Assembly: GCA_016219835.1 (NCBI GenBank)
Contig: JACRKL010000107.1
Location: 1 to 12,343 of the forward strand
Direction: 5' to 3'
DNA from: Candidatus Woesearchaeota archaeon
GTDB lineage: Archaea > Nanobdellota > Nanobdellia > Woesearchaeales > JACRKL01
DNA: 12,343 nt
This document shows, one piece after another, positions 1 through 5,765 of the stretch (within the stretch, counting starts at the first letter, position 1; each line of letters begins with the position of its first letter). The position numbers and the translations under genes are program-made. The notes below the pieces were generated by a model that did no database searches, was not told where the DNA came from, and worked only from the letters and a program-made list of their open reading frames with translations.

Positions 1-137
1 AATCAGACAAAGAGTTGGAAGAGTAGTGAGAAAGACATGCTCATTCTCGAAATCTTTAGAAAACCACGACAAGGTTATCGGGTTGTTTCTTCAAGAAAGA
101 AACATGGAGCGTTTATCAGTCAAATGATAACACTTCC
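1..137. repeat. Left terminal inverted repeat, 137 bp, perfect reverse complement of 12207..12343
   Basis: I compared 1..137 base by base with the reverse complement of 12207..12343 and found 137/137 identical. The first mismatch is at position 138 (a) versus the complement of 12206 (c). It contains an internal 8-bp-stem hairpin at 84..104 (tgtttctt-caaga-aagaaaca). Confidence 0.96.
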
Positions 138-674
138 AAAGTTCTGATAGTATGCTTCTATTTCACTCTCATTTACAGAGACCTTTGACAAGACTGTTGC
201 ATTGAGGAATTGGGAGATCGTTATTTCCCGTTGGAAACTTTCTCTCAGCTCACCGACGGTAAGGCTATTAGCGGCGCTCACTTTCAAAAGAAATTCAAAG
301 GCACCCTCATTAACCTTAGAGGAGATATCGGCATTTACATCCGCTTCAGATGCATTAAACCCTTTCTTGATTGCCTGTTGATAAAGCAATGTTTCAATAA
401 TACTTGCATTAAGAAAGAAGCTGTGCGTGGGTAGTTCATCTGGATTGTTTGCGTATTGCCCTTCCCCCCTTTTTGACATGACATCAAAGTCTGCCTGAGT
501 AATCGGCTCACTGTTGACATAGGCAACAATGGTTTGGTTGAGGACTGCACCTACAGGAGTTACCGTTGTTGTATTAGGAGAGGTAGGAAGATCTTGGTCT
601 GATCTTTGCGTTGAGGCGCAGCCAGCAAATACTACCATAAGCAACAGCACGCTTATGATCCCCTGTTTTCTCAT
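120..674 (-). CDS. Lipoprotein with a SurA-N / PrsA-like chaperone N-terminal domain, apparently 3'-truncated at the repeat boundary
   Basis: The N-terminus MRKQGIISVLLLMVVFAGC has a lipobox-like signal. The body (VAYVNSEPITQADF.., LLYQQAIKKGF.., SEIEAYYQNF) resembles the N-terminal domain of SurA/PpiD/PrsA-type foldases, but no parvulin domain follows. The last 5 codons (GSVII) and the stop lie inside the inverted repeat (120..137). A TTTAAATA box at 697..704 sits 22 nt upstream of the ATG. Confidence 0.7.
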   Translation of the reverse strand: MRKQGIISVLLLMVVFAGCASTQRSDQDLPTSPNTTTVTPVGAVLNQTIVAYVNSEPITQADFDVMSKRGEGQYANNPDELPTHSFFLNASIIETLLYQQAIKKGFNASEADVNADISSKVNEGAFEFLLKVSAANSLTVGELRESFQREITISQFLNATVLSKVSVNESEIEAYYQNFGSVII

Positions 675-696
675 GGATGTTGGGTTAAGGCATTTG

Positions 697-704
697 TATT
701 TAAA
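697..704 (-). promoter_or_regulatory. TATA-like box (TTTAAATA on the minus strand) for the lipoprotein gene
   Basis: It lies 22 nt upstream of the ATG at 674, consistent with an archaeal leaderless promoter. Confidence 0.5.
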
Positions 705-978
705 TCTGCCTACACAAAACCTATAACTCAGATATGTTTACAGTAAGATAGTAAGACTAGCAGTGCTACCATGGCCGTCGAAACTGTGAGGATGCCATCC
801 AAAGGGCAAATGGTAATTCAGCAGGACATTAGAGAGGAGATTGATGCCAGCGAGGGAACTGTTTTTTAGTGCTATGCAACAGAGACGCAGTGATACTGCA
901 GAAACTAAAAACCCCTCCAAACGAGTGGAATTGCACTCCGCCACAGGATGACTTGCAGATGAAAGAATATTTTGGTCT

Positions 979-2073
979 TTAGACACTCACCACTACTTCC
1001 TTTTCCTTCAGATCAATCTTCTTGATCTTGCTCTGCTGCTTTAATTTTTCTTTCAATTCTTGTTCGCTGTACTTCTTGATCGCTTCCCTCATGACTTGCA
1101 AAATCTGCTGCAATTCCTGATAGTGTTCGTAGATCATCTCGCCTTTTCTCTTCTGCTCCTCTGCTTCTTTCTCCCATGTTTTGATCTGCTGCTGCTGTGC
1201 AGAGAGAATCGTTTTGACGCGCTCTATTTCTTTCTGGTGCGGCGAAGACTTGAGTTGTTGTGGTATTGCTTTCACGAGTGCTTTGATCGCTTCATTGAAC
1301 GTTGCTTGCTTGATTTGCTTTTCTTTGGGGTAGGAATGCAGGAGGAATGGAAATGCTTCGTTTTCATACAGCACAGGATCCAGTGACCGATGCAGCAATG
1401 CTTGAGCTGCTTGTAACAGATTTTTCTGCTCGTGTTGTGTTAACGCTTTTGGACTTTTTTTCTTATCGAGCTCTGCCACAAAACACGCTTCTTCTGCGTA
1501 GATGCCACCCAATCCCAAATCTGCAACAAGGCACTTGACGATCTGCTCTTTTTCCGTCAAAGCAAGCAGGTTCTTCCATGCGGTAAAGTCGAGCTCCGGC
1601 AGAGCATACGCCATCGTTGGAGCAACATAGGCGATATTTGTTTTCAAGCTCCGGTCTTTCCGTTCGAGTTGATTAAGCAATGCAATGATCTTTCCTTCTC
1701 TGACGAGGATGAGGTTGCCTTTGTTAAAGAGCTCAATGATAAGCTCATATTTTGTTTCTTTCGTTTCTAAGTTGATCTTCAGAATCCGCTCAAAGCCCAG
1801 CTGCTCGATGCTTCTGATCCTGCTTCCTTCCAGATGCTTCCTCAGCTGCATGCAGAATCCCGATGGTGCTTCGGTAGGTGATTTTTCCAGTTCAATGACG
1901 ACAATACCCGGCAGTTTTATTCGTAGAATCACTTTGCCCGTTTCCCGTGCATAGATCTGGATGAGAAACTCTTCTTTCTCCGGCTGGTAGATCTTGTCGA
2001 TCTTCCCTTCCACAAGCTGTTGGAGCTCTTTGGTTAGATAGAAGAGATCAAGAGCAGAGAGTTGTGTTTTCAT
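979..2073 (-). CDS. NFACT-family (RqcH/Rqc2/FbpA-like) protein with NFACT-N, HhH and coiled-coil regions only; the C-terminal NFACT-R region is missing
   Basis: MKTQLSALDLFYLTKELQQLVEGKIDKIYQP.., GFCMQLRKHLEG.RI and LIIELFNKGNLILV are typical of NFACT-N. DLGLGGIYAEEAC looks like an HhH motif and is followed by a coiled coil. The protein ends at ..KKIDLKEKEVVVSV after 364 aa, whereas family members I recall are about 600+ aa with a DUF814/NFACT-R domain. I chose the start at M41 of the tracked ORF because TTTATATT (2096..2103) lies 22 nt upstream of it. Confidence 0.75.
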   Translation of the reverse strand: MKTQLSALDLFYLTKELQQLVEGKIDKIYQPEKEEFLIQIYARETGKVILRIKLPGIVVIELEKSPTEAPSGFCMQLRKHLEGSRIRSIEQLGFERILKINLETKETKYELIIELFNKGNLILVREGKIIALLNQLERKDRSLKTNIAYVAPTMAYALPELDFTAWKNLLALTEKEQIVKCLVADLGLGGIYAEEACFVAELDKKKSPKALTQHEQKNLLQAAQALLHRSLDPVLYENEAFPFLLHSYPKEKQIKQATFNEAIKALVKAIPQQLKSSPHQKEIERVKTILSAQQQQIKTWEKEAEEQKRKGEMIYEHYQELQQILQVMREAIKKYSEQELKEKLKQQSKIKKIDLKEKEVVVSV

Positions 2074-2095
2074 GGTGGTGGTGGTGCGTATGGGG

Positions 2096-2103
2096 AATAT
2101 AAA
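2096..2103 (-). promoter_or_regulatory. TATA-like box (TTTATATT on the minus strand) for the NFACT gene
   Basis: It lies 22 nt upstream of the ATG at 2073. It is back-to-back with the divergent box at 2117..2124. Confidence 0.45.
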
Positions 2104-2116
2104 CGTTTGCACAATC

Positions 2117-2124
2117 TTTAAAAG
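2117..2124 (+). promoter_or_regulatory. TATA-like box (TTTAAAAG) for the 80-aa basic ORF
   Basis: It lies exactly 22 nt upstream of the ATG at 2147. Confidence 0.4.
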
Positions 2125-2146
2125 CCAAGAAAGACATTCTGGGCGT

Positions 2147-2389
2147 ATGGTCACCCATAGGCACATTGAGAAAGAGCTCAACAAATATTTCAAGGCAAAA
2201 GAGAAGAGAAAGTATGCGATTCATAAGGTCATTAAAAAGTCACATCGTGAGATCGAAGAAGATAAGATTTTAATGCGCATCAACTCCGGAGAAGATCCTC
2301 GAGTCCATGTGTTTTCTGTGGTTACGCCATTCCAGCGATCGCTGCGAAAAGCAAAAAAGTGGGTGTGGAAGAGGATCAGGAATTGGTGA
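2147..2389 (+). CDS. Hypothetical small basic protein (80 aa)
   Basis: This is an internal start (M26) of the tracked ORF 2072..2389. I chose it because of the TATA-to-ATG spacing shared with other genes here. The product is Lys/Arg-rich (MVTHRHIEKELNKYFKAKEKRKYAIHK...KKWVWKRIRNW). I recognise no family. Confidence 0.4.
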   Translation: MVTHRHIEKELNKYFKAKEKRKYAIHKVIKKSHREIEEDKILMRINSGEDPRVHVFSVVTPFQRSLRKAKKWVWKRIRNW

Positions 2390-2409
2390 GACCTTCATGA
2401 GTCTCATCT

Positions 2410-2802
2410 TTAGTACTTCAGTAATCTCAAGCCGGGAATAGAAGCATAATGTTCATCTCTGGTCACCAAGACTTCCCCATGGGCGCTTACAATACCTGCT
2501 ATCATAAGATCTTCTGTTCCTATAGGCTTTCCTTTTTTGACTAGCATTGCTTCATATTCAGCCGCATGCTTTGCACTCTGCTCATCAAGTGGCAGAATGG
2601 TGAGAGATCGAAAGAGCTCAAGTACCTTTATTTTCTCTTTTTCAGAGTGTTGTGAAAGAAGCAGACCTGCCCAAAGTTCCATGACTGAAGGTGTAGCAAC
2701 AGTGAAGTTGGTTTCCTTGCGGTCAAACGTTTCTCTAAGGTCAGCAATGCTTGCTTTCCCTCGAAGAAGGTCAATTAAAAAACACATATCAAGGCAAACC
2801 AT
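2410..2802 (-). CDS. vapC: PIN-domain ribonuclease toxin, VapC-like
   Basis: MVCLDMCFLIDLL carries the first PIN acidic residue, and further on are ..PLDEQSAKHAAEY.. and ..TEDLMIAGIVSAHGEVLVTRDEHY, a typical PIN layout. The start at M14 of the tracked ORF is preceded by GGAGGG 4 nt upstream and lies 10 nt after the antitoxin stop. Confidence 0.85.
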   Translation of the reverse strand: MVCLDMCFLIDLLRGKASIADLRETFDRKETNFTVATPSVMELWAGLLLSQHSEKEKIKVLELFRSLTILPLDEQSAKHAAEYEAMLVKKGKPIGTEDLMIAGIVSAHGEVLVTRDEHYASIPGLRLLKY

Positions 2803-2812
2803 ATTCCCTCCG

Positions 2813-3070
2813 TTAGTGATGAGCTTTGCTGAGTTCTGCAATAACGCGTCCTACCCGTTTCGTGTGGACTTTGTTTCTTGCTCTTCTCATTTCAAGGATA
2901 TTCTTCTCCAACTCTGCTCCCCCTTCTGGGCTTAAAATACCAAAGAAATCGGAGAGTGGTCTCCTCTTGGATACCCTCAAGAATAAGTCGCTAAAGCTCT
3001 CATGTTCTTCTTTAATTTTTTTCATTGCTGCATATGCATCTTCGGTTACGGTAATCGTTTTGACTGCCAT
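2813..3070 (-). CDS. vapB: VapB-type antitoxin (archaeal COG1753 / DUF217-like)
   Basis: MAVKTITVTEDAYAAMKKIKEEHESFSDLFLRV matches the remembered pattern of that family (KTI.v.de.Y..L...K...ESFSd.i..L). It lies immediately upstream of the PIN gene on the same strand. A TTTAAAGA box sits 23 nt upstream of the ATG. Confidence 0.75.
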   Translation of the reverse strand: MAVKTITVTEDAYAAMKKIKEEHESFSDLFLRVSKRRPLSDFFGILSPEGGAELEKNILEMRRARNKVHTKRVGRVIAELSKAHH

Positions 3071-3093
3071 ACCTAAGTTTATGTATGTTTAGA

Positions 3094-3101
3094 TCTTTAA
3101 A
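3094..3101 (-). promoter_or_regulatory. TATA-like box (TTTAAAGA on the minus strand) for the vapBC operon
   Basis: It lies 23 nt upstream of the vapB ATG at 3070. Confidence 0.4.
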
Positions 3102-3122
3102 TGTTGTTATGTTTACTTCGGT

Positions 3123-3863
3123 CTATGCTTTCGCTACATTCTCCCACAGATATCTGTGGTATCGTCGGTAATTGTCGGCAAGCTCTTCGCTCTCGATGAC
3201 GAAGGCAAAGTCAGAATCCCCATAGACGATATTTGCAATCTTGTTGCCAAAAATGCCCATGACTGTTGGGTTGCCGCTCCACTCTTTTGGCAGGAAGCGA
3301 ATCGTTTCAAGCTTCAAAGGTTCTCTAATTTCTTCTCTCATCTCAGAACGCATCAAATTAACCCATTTGCATTTTTTTTCTATTCTTCGACGATTCCATC
3401 CAGCAAACCACTCCGGATATTTCTTAGGTGTATATCTTCCTGAGCCGATCCAATAGACGAGATCCGCAGAAAGCATATCTTCCCATACCGCTTTGACGCC
3501 CTCCGATCCGCGAAAGACAGTTGCGTCAATGGGCGGCTTTTTGAAGGCGTAGCTCGCCAGCAACATTGGCATTTCCTTCTTGACATCTTCCTTAAGATCT
3601 TCCCAGCTTCTCTCCTTCTCTTCGATGTAGCCGATGATCTTGCTTGGGTGGGTGATCTGAAACAATCGATGCTTGTTCTCCGTCACATAGGTGATAATCC
3701 CTTTCTCGATGAGCTTGTTCAGAATGTCGTAGATATTCCTGCGTTCAATGCCGACGGATTCGTGAATGTTATTGATGGTTGACTTTCCTTTGGTCAGAAG
3801 GGTGTTGTAGACTTTGATCTCCCCGTCGGAAAGTCCAAGCTTCCTAAGAATTTCTGCTTGCAT
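3123..3863 (-). CDS. TrmB-family winged-helix transcriptional regulator
   Basis: The N-terminus LGLSDGEIKVYNTLLTKGKSTINNIHESVGIERRNIYDILNKLIEKGIITYV is a typical TrmB wHTH. The C-terminal ~150 aa domain is of unknown specificity. The gene is divergent from the 3971..5681 operon. Confidence 0.85.
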   Translation of the reverse strand: MQAEILRKLGLSDGEIKVYNTLLTKGKSTINNIHESVGIERRNIYDILNKLIEKGIITYVTENKHRLFQITHPSKIIGYIEEKERSWEDLKEDVKKEMPMLLASYAFKKPPIDATVFRGSEGVKAVWEDMLSADLVYWIGSGRYTPKKYPEWFAGWNRRRIEKKCKWVNLMRSEMREEIREPLKLETIRFLPKEWSGNPTVMGIFGNKIANIVYGDSDFAFVIESEELADNYRRYHRYLWENVAKA

Positions 3864-3884
3864 AAGGATACCATGCTGAGGGTG

Positions 3885-3895
3885 TATTTATATTT
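3885..3895 (-). promoter_or_regulatory. TATA-like box (AAATATAAATA on the minus strand) for the TrmB-family gene
   Basis: The core ATATAAAT (3886..3893) lies 22 nt upstream of the ATG at 3863. Confidence 0.45.
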
Positions 3896-3897
3896 TA

Positions 3898-3916
3898 TGG
3901 TATTGTTACAATACCA
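3898..3916. promoter_or_regulatory. Perfect 9-1-9 palindrome TGGTATTGT-t-ACAATACCA, candidate operator
   Basis: I checked this by hand as a perfect inverted repeat. It lies between the two divergent TATA-like boxes (3885..3895 and 3923..3934), over the positions where their BRE elements would be. Confidence 0.5.
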
Positions 3917-3922
3917 CATCGG

Positions 3923-3934
3923 TTTAATATAAAA
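3923..3934 (+). promoter_or_regulatory. TATA-like box (TTTAATATAAAA) for the 3971..5681 operon
   Basis: This A/T-rich box lies about 37 nt upstream of the ATG at 3971. GGTGA (3961..3965) between them could serve as an SD, which implies a short leader. Confidence 0.4.
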
Positions 3935-3970
3935 CTCTACTTTTTAGTAGTACTACAAAAGGTGAACGTA

Positions 3971-4405
3971 ATGACTCAAGAACAAAAAGATGAACATTAT
4001 AAACCGTCGGAAAATAAATCCCGTTTTGGTACCTTTCTCACGGGTTCAATCCTTGTAGCAGGGGCAGTTATGGGTCTGATGTTTATTGACCGATGTACTC
4101 CTCTTGGTGGAAGTTATCAAATAAGAAAATCATCGGGTTATACATTTACTAACTATACGGACATTAACAACGACGGAAAAAAGGAGTTAGAGCTTCAGCT
4201 TGCAGATGGTAATCTCTTTTATGTCTTTGTTCCTACCCATGGAGTGTACAAAGGAAAACCAGTTGTTCTCCCGAAGTCTTTAGCAGAAAAAGTGTGTGAT
4301 CCTTGCTCTTCTTCTGCACCAATTCCAACACCAATCCAAACTCCGAATCCATCGCAGATTTCTCTCGAGACAGCAATTACGACGTACGGAGGAAGACACC
4401 CATGA
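3971..4405 (+). CDS. Hypothetical single-pass membrane-anchored protein with a Pro/Ser/Thr-rich tail
   Basis: There is one hydrophobic helix (FGTFLTGSILVAGAVMGLMFI). DINNDGKKELELQL is an FG-GAP/Ca-binding-like motif, and the tail is SSSAPIPTPIQTPNPSQ. The ATG at 3971 is preceded by GGTGA; a GTG at 3962 is an alternative start. The stop overlaps the next ATG (ATGA at 4402..4405). Confidence 0.55.
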   Translation: MTQEQKDEHYKPSENKSRFGTFLTGSILVAGAVMGLMFIDRCTPLGGSYQIRKSSGYTFTNYTDINNDGKKELELQLADGNLFYVFVPTHGVYKGKPVVLPKSLAEKVCDPCSSSAPIPTPIQTPNPSQISLETAITTYGGRHP

Positions 4406-4926
4406 ATATCGACGATACTATTCGGATTGTCTGGTTTGACATGCATCCAGCAGTTCGTAATATGATGCGGGAAAAACTAAAAGATGAAAACGGCAATAAA
4501 ATTACGATCATGCCTTACCAAGATCCTTCTCAGTTAAAGGAAGTTGAACGAAGAGTCAGAGACTTCCCACCTAACTTGATCATCACCGATTTGATTTTCA
4601 GTGAAATCAATGATGGAGATACAGCATACCAGTTTGTTCAACAGATGAAGCAGAGCAGGGAATTAAGAGAAGTGCCTCTTATTGTTTTGAGCGCTTGGGT
4701 CTCTGATGATCCTAAGAGTAAATTCTATAACGGCAGATTTGTAGATGCAGGGGCAGTTGCTGTCTACAACAAGCACCCAGAATATATTCCACCGTTAAGG
4801 GAGCTTGTTGCTTATGCAAAACCCTACTCCCCATCAGAAACTCCTTCTGTCCAAGTGCCATCCCAAAATCCGTTGTCGTGTCTTGTAGGATATTTCAATA
4901 ATTTCTTCGGAGGAACACCAAAATGA
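4402..4926 (+). CDS. Stand-alone CheY-like receiver (REC) domain protein with a Pro/Ser-rich C-terminal tail
   Basis: The REC landmarks occur in order: IRIVWFDMHP (beta1, with only one acidic residue), NLIITDLIF (candidate phospho-acceptor Asp), PLIVLSAW (conserved Ser/Thr) and AVYNKHP (conserved Lys). I chose the start at M34 of the tracked ORF because GGAGG lies about 10 nt upstream and the ATGA overlaps the upstream stop. Confidence 0.65.
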   Translation: MNIDDTIRIVWFDMHPAVRNMMREKLKDENGNKITIMPYQDPSQLKEVERRVRDFPPNLIITDLIFSEINDGDTAYQFVQQMKQSRELREVPLIVLSAWVSDDPKSKFYNGRFVDAGAVAVYNKHPEYIPPLRELVAYAKPYSPSETPSVQVPSQNPLSCLVGYFNNFFGGTPK

Positions 4927-5681
4927 ACTACATCAAAAAAACAATAGCAACCCTTGCACTGATCGTAGCAACAGCACTTCCAGCATACGCATCCGATATC
5001 TTCATAGGCAAAAGAGGTCCAACATCGTGGCAAGTCGATCAACGTCTCAGTCTTGCAGAAAATGAATTACATTTAGAAACCATCACATCCAACACGATCT
5101 TCAAATATTGGACCGGTAAAGAAAAAGGCGGCTGGTTTTTTGTGAATCTGCCGTACAAACATCTTTCGTTGAAAGACGAAGAAAACAGCGGACTTGGCGA
5201 TCTCATCATCGGCGGTGGTCCTCGAGGAACTTTTTCCTTTGGAAAAGCAGGACAGCTTGATGTCCTCAGCTACGGCTCACTCACACTTCCAACTGGAGAA
5301 ACAGCAGCAAAGCTTCCGCTGGGCAATGGACGATATGATCTTACTGCTGGCATTTTTGCAAGCTACGTGCATCCTGAGTTTGATGTGCACGCTTCAGCTT
5401 CCTACACTGCAACGGGAGAAAATAAGAAAGGCATCAATCCTCCTGATAAAACTGATTTAGGCATGGTTATCGGTAGAGAAGTGGTCAAGAACTTTCGGCT
5501 TGCGGCTGGCATGACGACACAACAGCTCGATGATGGCAGGCATCTCGAGTCTGCTCGCATAGTGGGAAGATATACCTTTTCGCCAAACCTGCATATAGAA
5601 CTCATCGGCGACTACGGAACAGGACATAATAGCATGCCGTTGCAGAATAGCGCAATGTTTATTCTGAGGTATAATCTCTAA
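4923..5681 (+). CDS. Secreted protein resembling bacterial outer-membrane beta-barrel 'transporter' proteins (Phenol_MetA_deg / COG4313-like)
   Basis: It has a Sec signal (MNYIKKTIATLALIVATALPAYA|SD). NSGLGDLIIGGGP, SLTLPTGE and LPLGNGRYDLTAGIFASY match the GlGDl / aPTG / lG.g.w motif order that I recall for that family. The alternating hydrophobic pattern continues to the C-terminus (MFILRYNL). The ATGA overlaps the REC gene stop. Confidence 0.55.
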   Translation: MNYIKKTIATLALIVATALPAYASDIFIGKRGPTSWQVDQRLSLAENELHLETITSNTIFKYWTGKEKGGWFFVNLPYKHLSLKDEENSGLGDLIIGGGPRGTFSFGKAGQLDVLSYGSLTLPTGETAAKLPLGNGRYDLTAGIFASYVHPEFDVHASASYTATGENKKGINPPDKTDLGMVIGREVVKNFRLAAGMTTQQLDDGRHLESARIVGRYTFSPNLHIELIGDYGTGHNSMPLQNSAMFILRYNL

Positions 5682-5708
5682 ATGCCTCAAGATATTTCTT
5701 TGCGGAGA

Positions 5709-5717
5709 TTTTATATA
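5709..5717 (+). promoter_or_regulatory. TATA-like box (TTTTATATA) upstream of ORF 5766..6056
   Basis: It lies about 48 nt upstream of the ATG at 5766. GAGGTGG (5755..5761) is 4 nt upstream of that ATG. Confidence 0.35.
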
Positions 5718-5765
5718 CCAGAAACCCCTTTCTAAACTCATCAGAGTTTGTATCGAGGTGGAAAC

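Noticed and set aside
37-147. Possible HicA-like toxin in the repeat-encoded peptide (..GYRVVSSRKKHGAF..)
   Set aside because: The resemblance to the HicA G[FW]...R..GSH..[FY] pattern is loose, the Ser-His pair is absent, and the peptide is too short. I kept it only as an unassigned ORF.
675-978. tRNA, RNase P RNA, SRP RNA or C/D-box sRNA in the ORF-free spacer
   Set aside because: Scanning both strands by eye, I found no T-loop (GTTCRAAT-like) with matching stems, no GAGGAAAGTCC-type P4 motif, no SRP helix-8 motifs, and no C (RUGAUGA) and D (CUGA) box pair in the right order. There are only short 4-5-bp hairpins. The region stays flagged as unexplained rather than called as an RNA.
738-986. 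82-aa minus-strand ORF in the spacer downstream of the NFACT gene
   Set aside because: It has no TATA or SD signal and overlaps the NFACT stop. The product is low-complexity and Leu/Ser/Cys-rich with no recognisable motif. It is not an NFACT-R continuation in any frame.
2074-2086. (GGT)4 microsatellite between the NFACT TATA box and its start codon, as a possible phase-variation tract
   Set aside because: Four trinucleotide units are too short to argue for slippage, and length changes in units of three would only shift promoter spacing. There is no supporting evidence in the sequence.
2074-2193. N-terminal extensions of tracked ORFs (NFACT +40 codons; kinase +80 codons at 8252..8491; vapC +13; REC +33; 83-aa gene +30)
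   Set aside because: The extensions run across the TATA boxes or antisense to neighbouring genes, and they lack family-like sequence. The internal ATGs have the conserved promoter or SD geometry.
2387-2406. Hairpin tgagac-cttcatga-gtctca between the convergent 80-aa ORF and vapC, as a possible terminator
   Set aside because: It has only a 6-bp stem with an 8-nt loop, overlaps the TGA of the small ORF, and has no flanking oligo-T tract of the kind expected for archaeal termination.
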